A stretch of DNA of 57,850 nucleotides, filler included, from Asterionella formosa (Eukaryota): assembly GCA_002256025.1 (NCBI GenBank). It is 5 parts of 5 records of this genome, joined end to end, with 100 filler letters (N's around TTAATTAATTAA, not from the genome) between each part and the next. Parts side by side here need not be neighbours in the genome. Positions count along the whole stretch, not along the records: positions 46,375 to 57,850 come from NKIB01008453.1; 4 more parts are not named here. One strand, given 5' to 3'. The notes under the pieces were generated by a model. That model was not told the DNA's origin. It was given only the letters and a program-made list of their open reading frames with translations, and ran no database searches. The translations under genes and the position numbers were made by a program. This document shows positions 49,301 through 57,850 of this stretch, piece by piece; position 1 is the stretch's first letter, and the number at the start of each line of letters is the position of its first letter.

Positions 49301-50496
49301 NNNNNNNNNNNNNNNNNNNNNNNNNNNNNNNNNNNNNNNNNNNNNNNNNNNNNNNNNNNNNNNNNNNNNNNNNNNNNNNNNNNNNNNNNNNNNNNNNNNN
49401 NNNNNNNNNNNNNNNNNNNNNNNNNNNNNNNNNNNNNNNNNNNNNNNNNNNNNNNNNNNNNNNNNNNNNNNNNNNNNNNNNNNNNNNNNNNNNNNNNNNN
49501 NNNNNNNNNNNNNNNNNNNNNNNNNNNNNNNNNNNNNNNNNNNNNNNNNNNNNNNNNNNNNNNNNNNNNNNNNNNNNNNNNNNNNNNNNNNNNNNNNNNN
49601 NNNNNNNNNNNNNNNNNNNNNNNNNNNNNNNNNCGAGAGAGAGCTTGGGGGCGGCAGAGGCGGATGGGACAAGCAGGAAGATAGGCAACGTTGGGGATGC
49701 GAAATGAATGAAGAACGTTGCTGTCGTCGCGAAAACGCCAAAGGACAGTACCAAATCCAAGAGGAGAAGAGGGACCACCAACACCATGAATAGGAATGGA
49801 GGCTGGAGTAGCAGGGATAAAATCATTAAAAATGAAATCAAGTTTATCATTAGTAACACAATAGGAAGTGCAATTGTCAAAAGCGACATCGTAGGTATCC
49901 ACGTCGAAGTTAAGGAATGTAGAGGGAAGAAAATCCGGAGTAGTAAGTGCTGTCAGACTGAAAGGAGGTGAAGCTACAGAAGGAAAAAAAGCAGAGGTGA
50001 AGGAACTTCTGGAGCGAAGTAAGAGCAAGATAGAGGAGCGTGTAGTAACCACGGGAAAGGAAGGAACATGCGTCCAAGATGATGGCGGAGTAAGGACGGA
50101 TAAAGAAGGGGAGAAACTCAGCAGATGGGGCAAGGCAAGCCAGCCAAGCAGGACAGCGAGAAAAATGGTATAAGGTAACGGTAGAAGGCCACGGAGGAAG
50201 AACATGAAATGTGCAGACAGCATGACATGAGAAAAAATGAGGTATGTAGAGGGGTAGGCAAAACATACAGATATCGCACGTGAGGGGCCACAGAAAGATG
50301 TGGCCAGGGTAGACATAAAAAATAAATAGCACAAAGGTGGCGTAGAAAAATGCAGAAAAGAATACCAGTGGCAAGATTTGGAAGGAGAGAGAAATAATAG
50401 AGACGGGATATAGAAAAGAACGGTCGGCAGGCTGTAATCATATAGAGACAAAATTTCGAGAGGTAACCAGAAAATGTGGCAACAGGAATGGAGCAA
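46375..50496 (-). CDS. pol: Pol (protease, integrase, RT, start of RNase H), interrupted by N gap 49098..49633
   Basis: PR FDNCTSYCVTND...IHGVGG...GFGTVLW; IN CAACLYGK, YRADNGIF, HQNSLAE; RT HKARLCAGG, DFVLAFPQA, LYGLKQA, FVDD; RH FVDADFAG. Confidence 0.93.
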
Positions 50497-50500
50497 CAGA

Positions 50501-51907
50501 TCAAGAGAAATATGATAGCAGCCAGACCACAGGATCAGAGGGATTTGCCAGAATTGGGATCCTCAAGAGTGCAAGCAGCTTGGTAAAGGCAAAGAGACCG
50601 GCAACTTGAGTTGGATCACCACCTTCGAGAATCTGCTTGAGTTTGGAACGCATGAGCAGAGGCTCCCCAGAAGCGACGGTGGAATAGCTAAGGGATCCTC
50701 CAGCACTGGAGGGTGGTGGCACAACAGGAGGAGCAGCCGGAAGAGCTGAAACAAGAACAGTGGGAGGGACAGCAGAAGGAGCAGGAGTAACAGAAGGAGG
50801 ACCGGGTTTGGGTTTCTTCAAGCGACACTGGGTGGGGTGGTGGACAACCCACTGGCCAGTATTGACAAAAGTGAGGCAGCGAGGACTTTTGGCATGATTT
50901 GTGCACCAGTATAAGGTCCGACCTTCAACCTCGCGTTTATTGGATTTGCCAGGTAGAGGGGGAACATATTCCCAGGCGGGCTTGTTGGCAAAGGTAGGAA
51001 GGCTATCAGGAAGGGAAGGAGGAACAGCGGGAACAGCAGGGGATTTTCCAGCAACAAGAATGAAACCATCGGCGGGGGGGCCAAGATTGTATCGGTTGTC
51101 TTTGGAAAGAAGGGAATATTCGGCAACAGTAGATTTGCGAAGAAAATCAAGTTGGGCGGCAGCCGAGAAAGTTGGGGAGAATGGGCCTTGTTGGAGAATA
51201 AAATCACGGCGCATAACGTTAATAAATCGGACAAAATCAACGTCAGGACAGGTAGATAGAGCAAATAGAACAGCCCCACATAGATCTTCTTTGCTACTGC
51301 CAAGACGAGAAAGGTGGTCAACAAGGCGGACAATTTCAGCAAAGAATTTAACGACATCATAGATGAAGGTGCGGAAAGTGAGGACCAATTTGGCTTGACT
51401 CAACTGGTCACGTGTATGTTCGATGTCGATAACGGTACCAACACCAGACATGTGGCAGTATTCCAGCATGTAGGCATAGTAGAGGAGAAAAGAGGTCCCA
51501 TAAAAAGTCTTGTATGTGCTGCGGAGAGTGGCTTGGAAGATGGGGTTACATAAATTTTGTAGCTTAAGAAAAAGCAGAGTAGAAAGTTTGGCAAGAGCAA
51601 GACCAGATGGAGAAGTATCAGCGAGGAGTCTGGCCTCGGCACGTTCAAAATCGCCAAGAACAAGAGAGTGGGAGTCACGAAAAATATCGCGAGGTACACC
51701 ACGGACATCAGGGATGGAGAGGAAACCCGTATGATGGAAATGTTCAATGGTCATAAATTCTCCAAGTTGGCATTGAAGATCCTGCATGGAAGAGGGGGAA
51801 CCGTCGAAGAGGGATGTAGCAAGAGGGGGTGCGGCAGTGAGGGTGTGACGATCCCGAAGAGAGAGATGGTGAACAGACAAAAGGACCTGCTTCTGGTTGC
51901 TGTTCAA
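50501..51907 (-). CDS. gag: Gag of CoDi-type element
   Basis: 468-codon ORF with KPAWEYVPP...GRTLYWCTNH...WVVHHPTQC knuckle; start codon uncertain. Confidence 0.75.
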   Translation of the reverse strand: MNSNQKQVLLSVHHLSLRDRHTLTAAPPLATSLFDGSPSSMQDLQCQLGEFMTIEHFHHTGFLSIPDVRGVPRDIFRDSHSLVLGDFERAEARLLADTSPSGLALAKLSTLLFLKLQNLCNPIFQATLRSTYKTFYGTSFLLYYAYMLEYCHMSGVGTVIDIEHTRDQLSQAKLVLTFRTFIYDVVKFFAEIVRLVDHLSRLGSSKEDLCGAVLFALSTCPDVDFVRFINVMRRDFILQQGPFSPTFSAAAQLDFLRKSTVAEYSLLSKDNRYNLGPPADGFILVAGKSPAVPAVPPSLPDSLPTFANKPAWEYVPPLPGKSNKREVEGRTLYWCTNHAKSPRCLTFVNTGQWVVHHPTQCRLKKPKPGPPSVTPAPSAVPPTVLVSALPAAPPVVPPPSSAGGSLSYSTVASGEPLLMRSKLKQILEGGDPTQVAGLFAFTKLLALLRIPILANPSDPVVWLLSYFS

Positions 51908-52085
51908 GCAATTATGAACAATTTGAAAATAAGTTGAAATACAACCATGGAAGGTCGAATGGAAAATGACGTCAGAAAAGCATCACAAGATATAAATATC
52001 TTGTAACACTACGTTTATCCAGTGCCCCGTTCGTCCTTCAATTCTATTTTAAAGATAGTCTTATCAATCCAATATCACTCATGCC

Positions 52086-53828
52086 ATGAAGTTTTCCATC
52101 GCCCTTCCCGTTCTCGCGTTGTCGACAGCTAGTGCCTTTTCAACACCTTCCTTTGTCAGGAAATACACAGAGACTTGTCTTCGTGCCACTATCACCAAGG
52201 TCCTCCCCGAAGAAGTCGACGTTGTTGTCATTGGGTCTGGACTAGCTGGACTTTCCTGTGCCGCCCTCTTGGCACATTGCGGCAAAAAAGTGGCAGTATT
52301 GGAATCTCACGACACTCCAGGCGGATGTGCTCATACATGGGAACGTAGAGGCTTTCACTTTGAATCCGGTCCGTCCCTCTATTCTGGATTTTCCATGAGC
52401 GAATCACCAAATCCACTCAAAAATGTTTTTCAAATTATTGGAGAAGAGCCAGACTGGATCACCTACGATCGATGGGGGACTGTCATGCCAGATGGTAGGA
52501 GATTTGCAGCCAAGATTGGACCGGAAGAGTTTCAAGATATTCTTGACCAATATGGAGGACCAGGGGCTCGAGAAGAATGGAAGAAATTAATGGAACGACT
52601 TGCTCCTTTAAGCGACGCTGCTCAAGCCATGACATCCATGGCAATTCGGGAGGATGCAGGCGCCATATTAACGCTTGGAAGATATCCGAGAGAACTCATT
52701 GCAACCTTGAAACAAGGGAAAGCTTTGAATGAGCCATTTAGCAATATCATTGAAGAGTTGCAAATAACTAACAAGTTCATCATCAATTGGCTCGATATGT
52801 TGTGCTTCTTGCTGCAAGGTCTACCAGCAGCAGGGACCATGAATGCAGTGCTTAGTTACATGTTGGCGGATTGGTATAGGCCCGGAGTAACACTAGATTT
52901 TCCAAAGGGAGGATCTGGTGCCATGGTGGAGGCTTTGGTAAGAGGTGTCGAGAAACACAATTCTAGTGTCTTTGTAAACTGTCACGTCGACGAGATCATA
53001 ATCAAGAACGGGAAGGCTGCGGGAGTCACGTTGGCAGATGGTCGCACGGTTCGTGCCAAGCACGCCGTTGTCTCCAACGCTGACCCCTACATAACAAGCA
53101 AAATGTTGTCAAAGGCAAGAATTTCGGGATTGACAAGTGATGAGATGAATAAGTACATGGATGGACTAATCAATACTGATGACAAGAATGGTGGTATTCC
53201 AGACCTCAAGTCCTTCATTCACATTCATGCTGGAATCGATGCAACGGGATTGCCCGAAAAAGCCAGTGCCGACTTCCCAGCGCAGTGGGCTGTCATTCGC
53301 AACTGGGATGGACCGGAAGGAGTCGAAGATCCCCGTAACATTGTCTTATGCTCCATGGCTTCCTTGATTGATCCATCGCTGGCTCCTGAAGGGAAACATG
53401 TTATTCATGCATATGTTCCAGCGACAGAGCCATATTCAGATTGGGCAGGTATGGATCGAAATTCGGAAGAGTACTCAAAAAAGAAACAAGAAGCCGCTGA
53501 TTTTCTATGGAGCGCGATTGAAGAATACGTTCCAAACGCCAGAAACAGAGCCATCCCAGGAACCGTTCAAATAGGAACACCCTTGACGCATGAGCGTTTC
53601 TTGAGGCGCACAAGAGGTACATACGGGCCCCGATTGGTGGCTGGTGGCGAACAAACCTTGCCGGGCCACAAAACACCTTTGAATGGACTCCTTCTCTGCG
53701 GTGACTTCACCTTTCCGGGAATTGGTGTACCCGCCACGGCAGCTTCTGGAGCGATTACAGCCAACACTCTTGTGTCAGTTGTAGATCATTGGGGTATGCT
53801 TGACAAGATTCGATTGCCTAAAAAGTAG
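52086..53828 (+). CDS. Plastid-targeted carotenoid isomerase-like (CRTISO/CrtI family) FAD oxidoreductase
   Basis: DVVVIGSGLAGL Rossmann motif, HFESGPSLYSG, SLAPEGKHV, TPLTHERFL, CGDFTFPGIGVPA; presequence ASA|FS. Confidence 0.92.
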   Translation: MKFSIALPVLALSTASAFSTPSFVRKYTETCLRATITKVLPEEVDVVVIGSGLAGLSCAALLAHCGKKVAVLESHDTPGGCAHTWERRGFHFESGPSLYSGFSMSESPNPLKNVFQIIGEEPDWITYDRWGTVMPDGRRFAAKIGPEEFQDILDQYGGPGAREEWKKLMERLAPLSDAAQAMTSMAIREDAGAILTLGRYPRELIATLKQGKALNEPFSNIIEELQITNKFIINWLDMLCFLLQGLPAAGTMNAVLSYMLADWYRPGVTLDFPKGGSGAMVEALVRGVEKHNSSVFVNCHVDEIIIKNGKAAGVTLADGRTVRAKHAVVSNADPYITSKMLSKARISGLTSDEMNKYMDGLINTDDKNGGIPDLKSFIHIHAGIDATGLPEKASADFPAQWAVIRNWDGPEGVEDPRNIVLCSMASLIDPSLAPEGKHVIHAYVPATEPYSDWAGMDRNSEEYSKKKQEAADFLWSAIEEYVPNARNRAIPGTVQIGTPLTHERFLRRTRGTYGPRLVAGGEQTLPGHKTPLNGLLLCGDFTFPGIGVPATAASGAITANTLVSVVDHWGMLDKIRLPKK

Positions 53829-53976
53829 TGTCCATTTTCGAGGAACGGTTAGATTCGCTGCTTCTCCGAAATGTGCTTGGCTAATTGTGTTAACTATGTG
53901 TAGGACCTTCTGATATCTAAATGCAGTCTCTTCAGCTATCCTCTGCTGTTCATGTATTCTTGTCACTCGAATGATC

Positions 53977-55230
53977 CTAAAGGTCGCTTCGCTTTCCATT
54001 TTGCACAAAGCTGGTTACAATATTCGCAAACCGAGCACGCCCATCCAATAAATGTACTGCATGGTCCGCATCTGCTAGGATACTCCAAGTCCGATCCGAT
54101 CCTCTCCCCAGATTGGCAAAGAGCTCTCCTTGCACCTTGAGCGACGAGTACGGATCTTGATCACCTGCCACCACCAAGGTTGGAACGTGCACACGAGCTG
54201 GGTCGCAATTGTTGAATTGATATAAATGCTTCCAGTTCGCCTTGATGGGGTCAGACAACATACCAGCTTCAGCAAATAATCGAGCTGGTTCTGGTGGAAT
54301 TGTACCTTCGATCGTAAAATCTTCCATTGCTGCGTCTGGAGTATTCGGAATAACAGCATTGCCAGTAGCCGGATTCGTCGTGTACAGCGGATCCCTCGGG
54401 TAACGGACCATGGCGTCATAAATAGAACCATAAAGAATGAGTTTTGACAGGAGTGTACTGCTTTTTTGCGCCACTAACTGGGCGACCAATGCACCTTGGG
54501 ACCACCCAAGCAGGGCAGGCAGGTCACACTTCCTTGGTTCGCCTGATCCATTGACAGGTACTTCACTAATACCGTGACGTTCCGTGATCCACTTTAAGAC
54601 CGATTCTACATCGGCCACGCAACGATAGGGCTCTACACACTTGGTGGCGTCTACTGGTGTACCCCCAAAGCCTCGAAAGTCCATGGCATATGGCTGCAAG
54701 CCGTTGGCAAGCAATGCTTCCATAAGAGATCTCGAGTCTCGTCCTTTTTCTTTTTGCTTGCTACCTCCCAATAAGTGATAGACTGGAACAGAGGACCACG
54801 TGCGTCCATGCAAGAGCAAGATTGGCCGGAGTGTATGGACGTCACTTGTCCCTTGGATGGGATCTGCTGATTCAATTCCATATACAGAGAGGGGATGGTC
54901 GTCTCCGATGGCCGGAACGGTATAAATATCTAATCCGTCCAGCAACGCTGCGCCTTCGCTCTTCCTTCCGAGAGCTGTATCGGCGATGGTCATGGTGCAC
55001 TTGCTTTTACTCCTTGTCAGCGATGATTGGCTGCTGTACCACCTAGTAGACACAGGAGAATGCCTTGCACAAACTGATGGGTAAACAAACGCATCTGGCG
55101 TTCCGCGCTTTAATGCCAAGGAAGAAAAGCACCTCGAGGCAGAAATTGACCGCATCATTGTTAGGAGGAGTAGAATTCGGAGCGGCAAGATGTTCTTTGT
55201 CGAGAAGAATGCGAATGTGTGGCTTTTCAT
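53977..55230 (-). CDS. Alpha/beta-fold hydrolase with N-terminal targeting-like extension
   Basis: LLLHGRTWS, DFRGFG, nucleophile GWSQG, AGDQD, ADHAVH. Confidence 0.9.
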   Translation of the reverse strand: MKSHTFAFFSTKNILPLRILLLLTMMRSISASRCFSSLALKRGTPDAFVYPSVCARHSPVSTRWYSSQSSLTRSKSKCTMTIADTALGRKSEGAALLDGLDIYTVPAIGDDHPLSVYGIESADPIQGTSDVHTLRPILLLHGRTWSSVPVYHLLGGSKQKEKGRDSRSLMEALLANGLQPYAMDFRGFGGTPVDATKCVEPYRCVADVESVLKWITERHGISEVPVNGSGEPRKCDLPALLGWSQGALVAQLVAQKSSTLLSKLILYGSIYDAMVRYPRDPLYTTNPATGNAVIPNTPDAAMEDFTIEGTIPPEPARLFAEAGMLSDPIKANWKHLYQFNNCDPARVHVPTLVVAGDQDPYSSLKVQGELFANLGRGSDRTWSILADADHAVHLLDGRARFANIVTSFVQNGKRSDL

Positions 55231-56287
55231 TCCAACTGAAGAAGTGTTTCACTGGAAACCACACCTTGGGGTTTCTTTTCCTTTTGAGTGTGCGAAATGA
55301 ATTAAATGATTCGCACTTTGCTGTCCTTGACACTTGTACTCCGGTCAACTACAGCTCCGTGATCTTTGAAGCAAAGGCCAAGGCGCAGTCACTTCAATGA
55401 ATCTTCCAATACTCCTGGTGCTCGCGATACTGCTTTATATAATCAGACTACCAGGTACCGGTAATACCAGGTACCAGGTGGTAATATCGCGAATTTGACA
55501 ACAAAGAGCCAAAGGGGCGATTGGTGAGCGGTGGCAGAAATGAGGCGTGCGTTTATTTACCGCGGGGCAACACAATATACCGGTAGTTACCGGGTAATGG
55601 TATATATTTGTTGTGATGTTCTTATTACCGGTACCGGTAATCACTATTATGTTCAATGTGCGCGTGCGCCTGTGCGTGTGCATGCATCAGTCCGCCCCAC
55701 CAGCACTGTCGAGAATGTACCGGTACTGGTACAAATACCGGTATTAGTCTCAATGGCCATTATAAATGAGTCACAAGAATTGTGCACGCGATTGCAGTCC
55801 AATGAATCAAATTGAGCATTCTGTAGTATCAATTGTTTGTAAAGCATGATGATCATTTAATTGATGAGTGTCCCCAGTCATTTTGACAGTCTTGTGTTCT
55901 TGTGTAAGCCATGCATTGTTGCCTTAGCATGATGCCATTGTTTTTGTTGGCGATGTGTCGATTGCATTCTTGTAGATTTTGTAATATAATTTTTCTTTTT
56001 CCTTCTAGTGGTTGCACTTGTTTATCACTGTGCCACTATTTCTTGAGATGATAATAATTTAATTAGCGATTCTGAGTTTATATTCACGTCTATGTAACTC
56101 AATAAAAATGTTTTTTTAGTAATCTAACCCTCACGTAGAAAATGGTATGTTTTCTACGTAATCCGTCATAAAAATAAGCTGCTGGGCACTTGAGTCATTG
56201 CAAATCGACGCAATTACTTTCTCCCAGAGGTAGCTTTGGGAGTGTTGCAGCAATACCAGTACCTCGTAGGTTGCTACCAGTGATATT

Positions 56288-56369
56288 CACCAGGAAGGTC
56301 CCCGGTAATCGAGATATTTAGCCTCATCTTTGCCCATGTTAAAAACGTGTTTTACCGGACCTTCCAGTG
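56288..56369. repeat. Short TIR-like dispersed repeat, related to 18230..18289
   Basis: GGAAGGTCC..GGTAA vs TTACCGGACCTTCC; shared internal sequence. Confidence 0.6.
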
Positions 56370-56642
56370 TACAATATAACTATGAAACTACTGGTTGCAT
56401 AACCATTGTATTCCTTAGGCATACAGGGAGTCTTTGTGCCTACCAGTATACTTTTGGAAGTAATATGGTACTCCCTCTCCTGTTCCAGTGTAGCTACTAG
56501 TTGCAACCCGCCCAGCGACTAGACCAGCTCGATCCACGTCCTTCTATGAAATCCTCTGTAGAACCAACATGCATTTTCTACTCGAGATGATGCAGATGAT
56601 GGGTACGGCGGTTAGTGATACATGGGGATTGATTACCGAATA

Positions 56643-57176
56643 CTTCATTGTCCTGGACCCCCCCCAGGCAATGTTCTCTGCCGTGACTGAATTTGACTGA
56701 TTTTGCTTACTAAGGGGGTCCAGGAGAATGAAGAGATTTCCCTAATACTGGACCTAATTATATTTCATTAGTTCTACAAAAAAGTACACATTTTTCTAGT
56801 AAGATATATTAATATGACAATCATTTCCGTGATGTGAAAAATGAGAGAGGCAGTTCTTCACCTCGCAAGAGAAAGGCGACTTTATGTTGTTAGAGGCAAT
56901 CTCAATTTTCGTTGTCATTATTAGTGTTATTAAATTACTTCTTTTACGATTGTATTCTCCATGTTGTTCTTAATACAGGTAGCAGCTAGCAAATCGTAAT
57001 TCTCAATTTTCGTGGAGATAATTCGTATTTTCGTCATGGTCAAGGTTGTGACAACATGATGAAGGATTCTCCAGGTGCTCACAGCCTTTAACTGTCTTCT
57101 CTTGTGTTTAGTATGTACAATAGGATTGCAAACTGCAAGAAAGTCAAGCAACCATAGGGGGTCCAGGACAATGAAG
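56643..57176. mobile_element. TA-flanked MITE family B (534 bp)
   Basis: Perfect 20-bp TIR CTTCATTGTCCTGGACCCCC / GGGGGTCCAGGACAATGAAG with TA on both sides; extra internal inverted copy at 56714..56733. Confidence 0.85.
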
Positions 57177-57850
57177 TATACGGTAGGGTTATTGATTCTC
57201 CTTGAACAGTGTATTGACCTCCTGTATCCATGTGCATAATGTCGGCTAGCTATTAGTACTGCTAGTGAAGAGAAATAGCTAAATAAACTACTGTATACTT
57301 CATTGTTGCACAGGGGCCCAAATGCATGGATTTATCATCTCTCCAGGCTTTTTACTGTTCCAAAAAGTAGCCCACAATCTGAACATTGTGGATCATGCAA
57401 GTGGTATAGTGCAGAACAGTAGGAAGAGTTCGTTTCTTCCTCCAACCCCATTACTGATCTTGCATGCTGTTCCTTGCAAAATTTCTCTGGTTTGCCTTTT
57501 CTTGGACTTGTCCTCATGTGCATTTTATAGTTGCTTGCTTCATGTGCGTCTGTAAATAAAAAATATCATGAAAATATGATCAAGGGTATCATAGGCTAAG
57601 TGGCACAGGATTTTCACATATATGATAGTTTTTCGATCAAAAATATGATCAATGTATCATATAATTATGATCATGCAGTAAACTTTTACCGAGCTTGAAG
57701 TATGATGATACTATCATCGTTATAATACCATTGCATCATATAATTAGTTAAACATGGTCATATGATGTGTATACTTTTGTCATACATCTATCTTAGCATG
57801 ATCGTAATTCTCATCGATATCACTGTCTAAAATAGGATGAAATTGATCGA

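Larger units (their letters stand above)
46375..51950 (-). mobile_element. Ty1/copia LTR retrotransposon, diatom CoDi type; 3' end truncated; LTR not confidently located
   Basis: gag-PR-IN-RT-RH domain order on minus strand. Confidence 0.95.

Noticed and set aside
46323..49889. Single 1188-aa ORF as listed
   Set aside because: The part upstream of the gap is off-frame; the protease is in ORF 49093..50496 and the gap length is an estimate
16688..55230. Redox/carotenoid gene cluster (PrxQ, GHR, CRTISO-like)
   Set aside because: Genes lie on three different scaffolds

Overview
Eukaryotic genomic DNA, almost certainly a diatom (bipartite 'SAF'-type plastid presequences, short GT-AG introns, CoDi-type copia element). 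The window is NOT contiguous. Four identical 100-nt linkers (N44-TTAATTAATTAA-N44) join five scaffolds of decreasing length (11505, 11500, 11485, 11484, 11476 bp), so adjacency across linkers is meaningless. Genes: CENP-C, a triple-CCCH zinc-finger protein, an uncharacterised protein, plastid PrxQ, an M11 gametolysin (partial), an NAD+/folate-type SLC25 carrier, a ~2080-aa USP, a DDHD phospholipase (partial), DIM1/TXNL4A, an EDR2-like PH-START protein, a glutathionyl-hydroquinone reductase (partial), a plastid CRTISO-like oxidoreductase and an alpha/beta hydrolase. Intergenic DNA carries many partly nested non-autonomous DNA transposons (TTAA-flanked Kolobok-like, PIF/Harbinger, TA-flanked MITEs), a probable Crypton relic and two long hairpins. 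Most notable is a palindromic GGTACC/TACC(W)GGTA iterated motif clustering 80-500 bp upstream of most genes on all five scaffolds. All calls are by eye; no searches were run.
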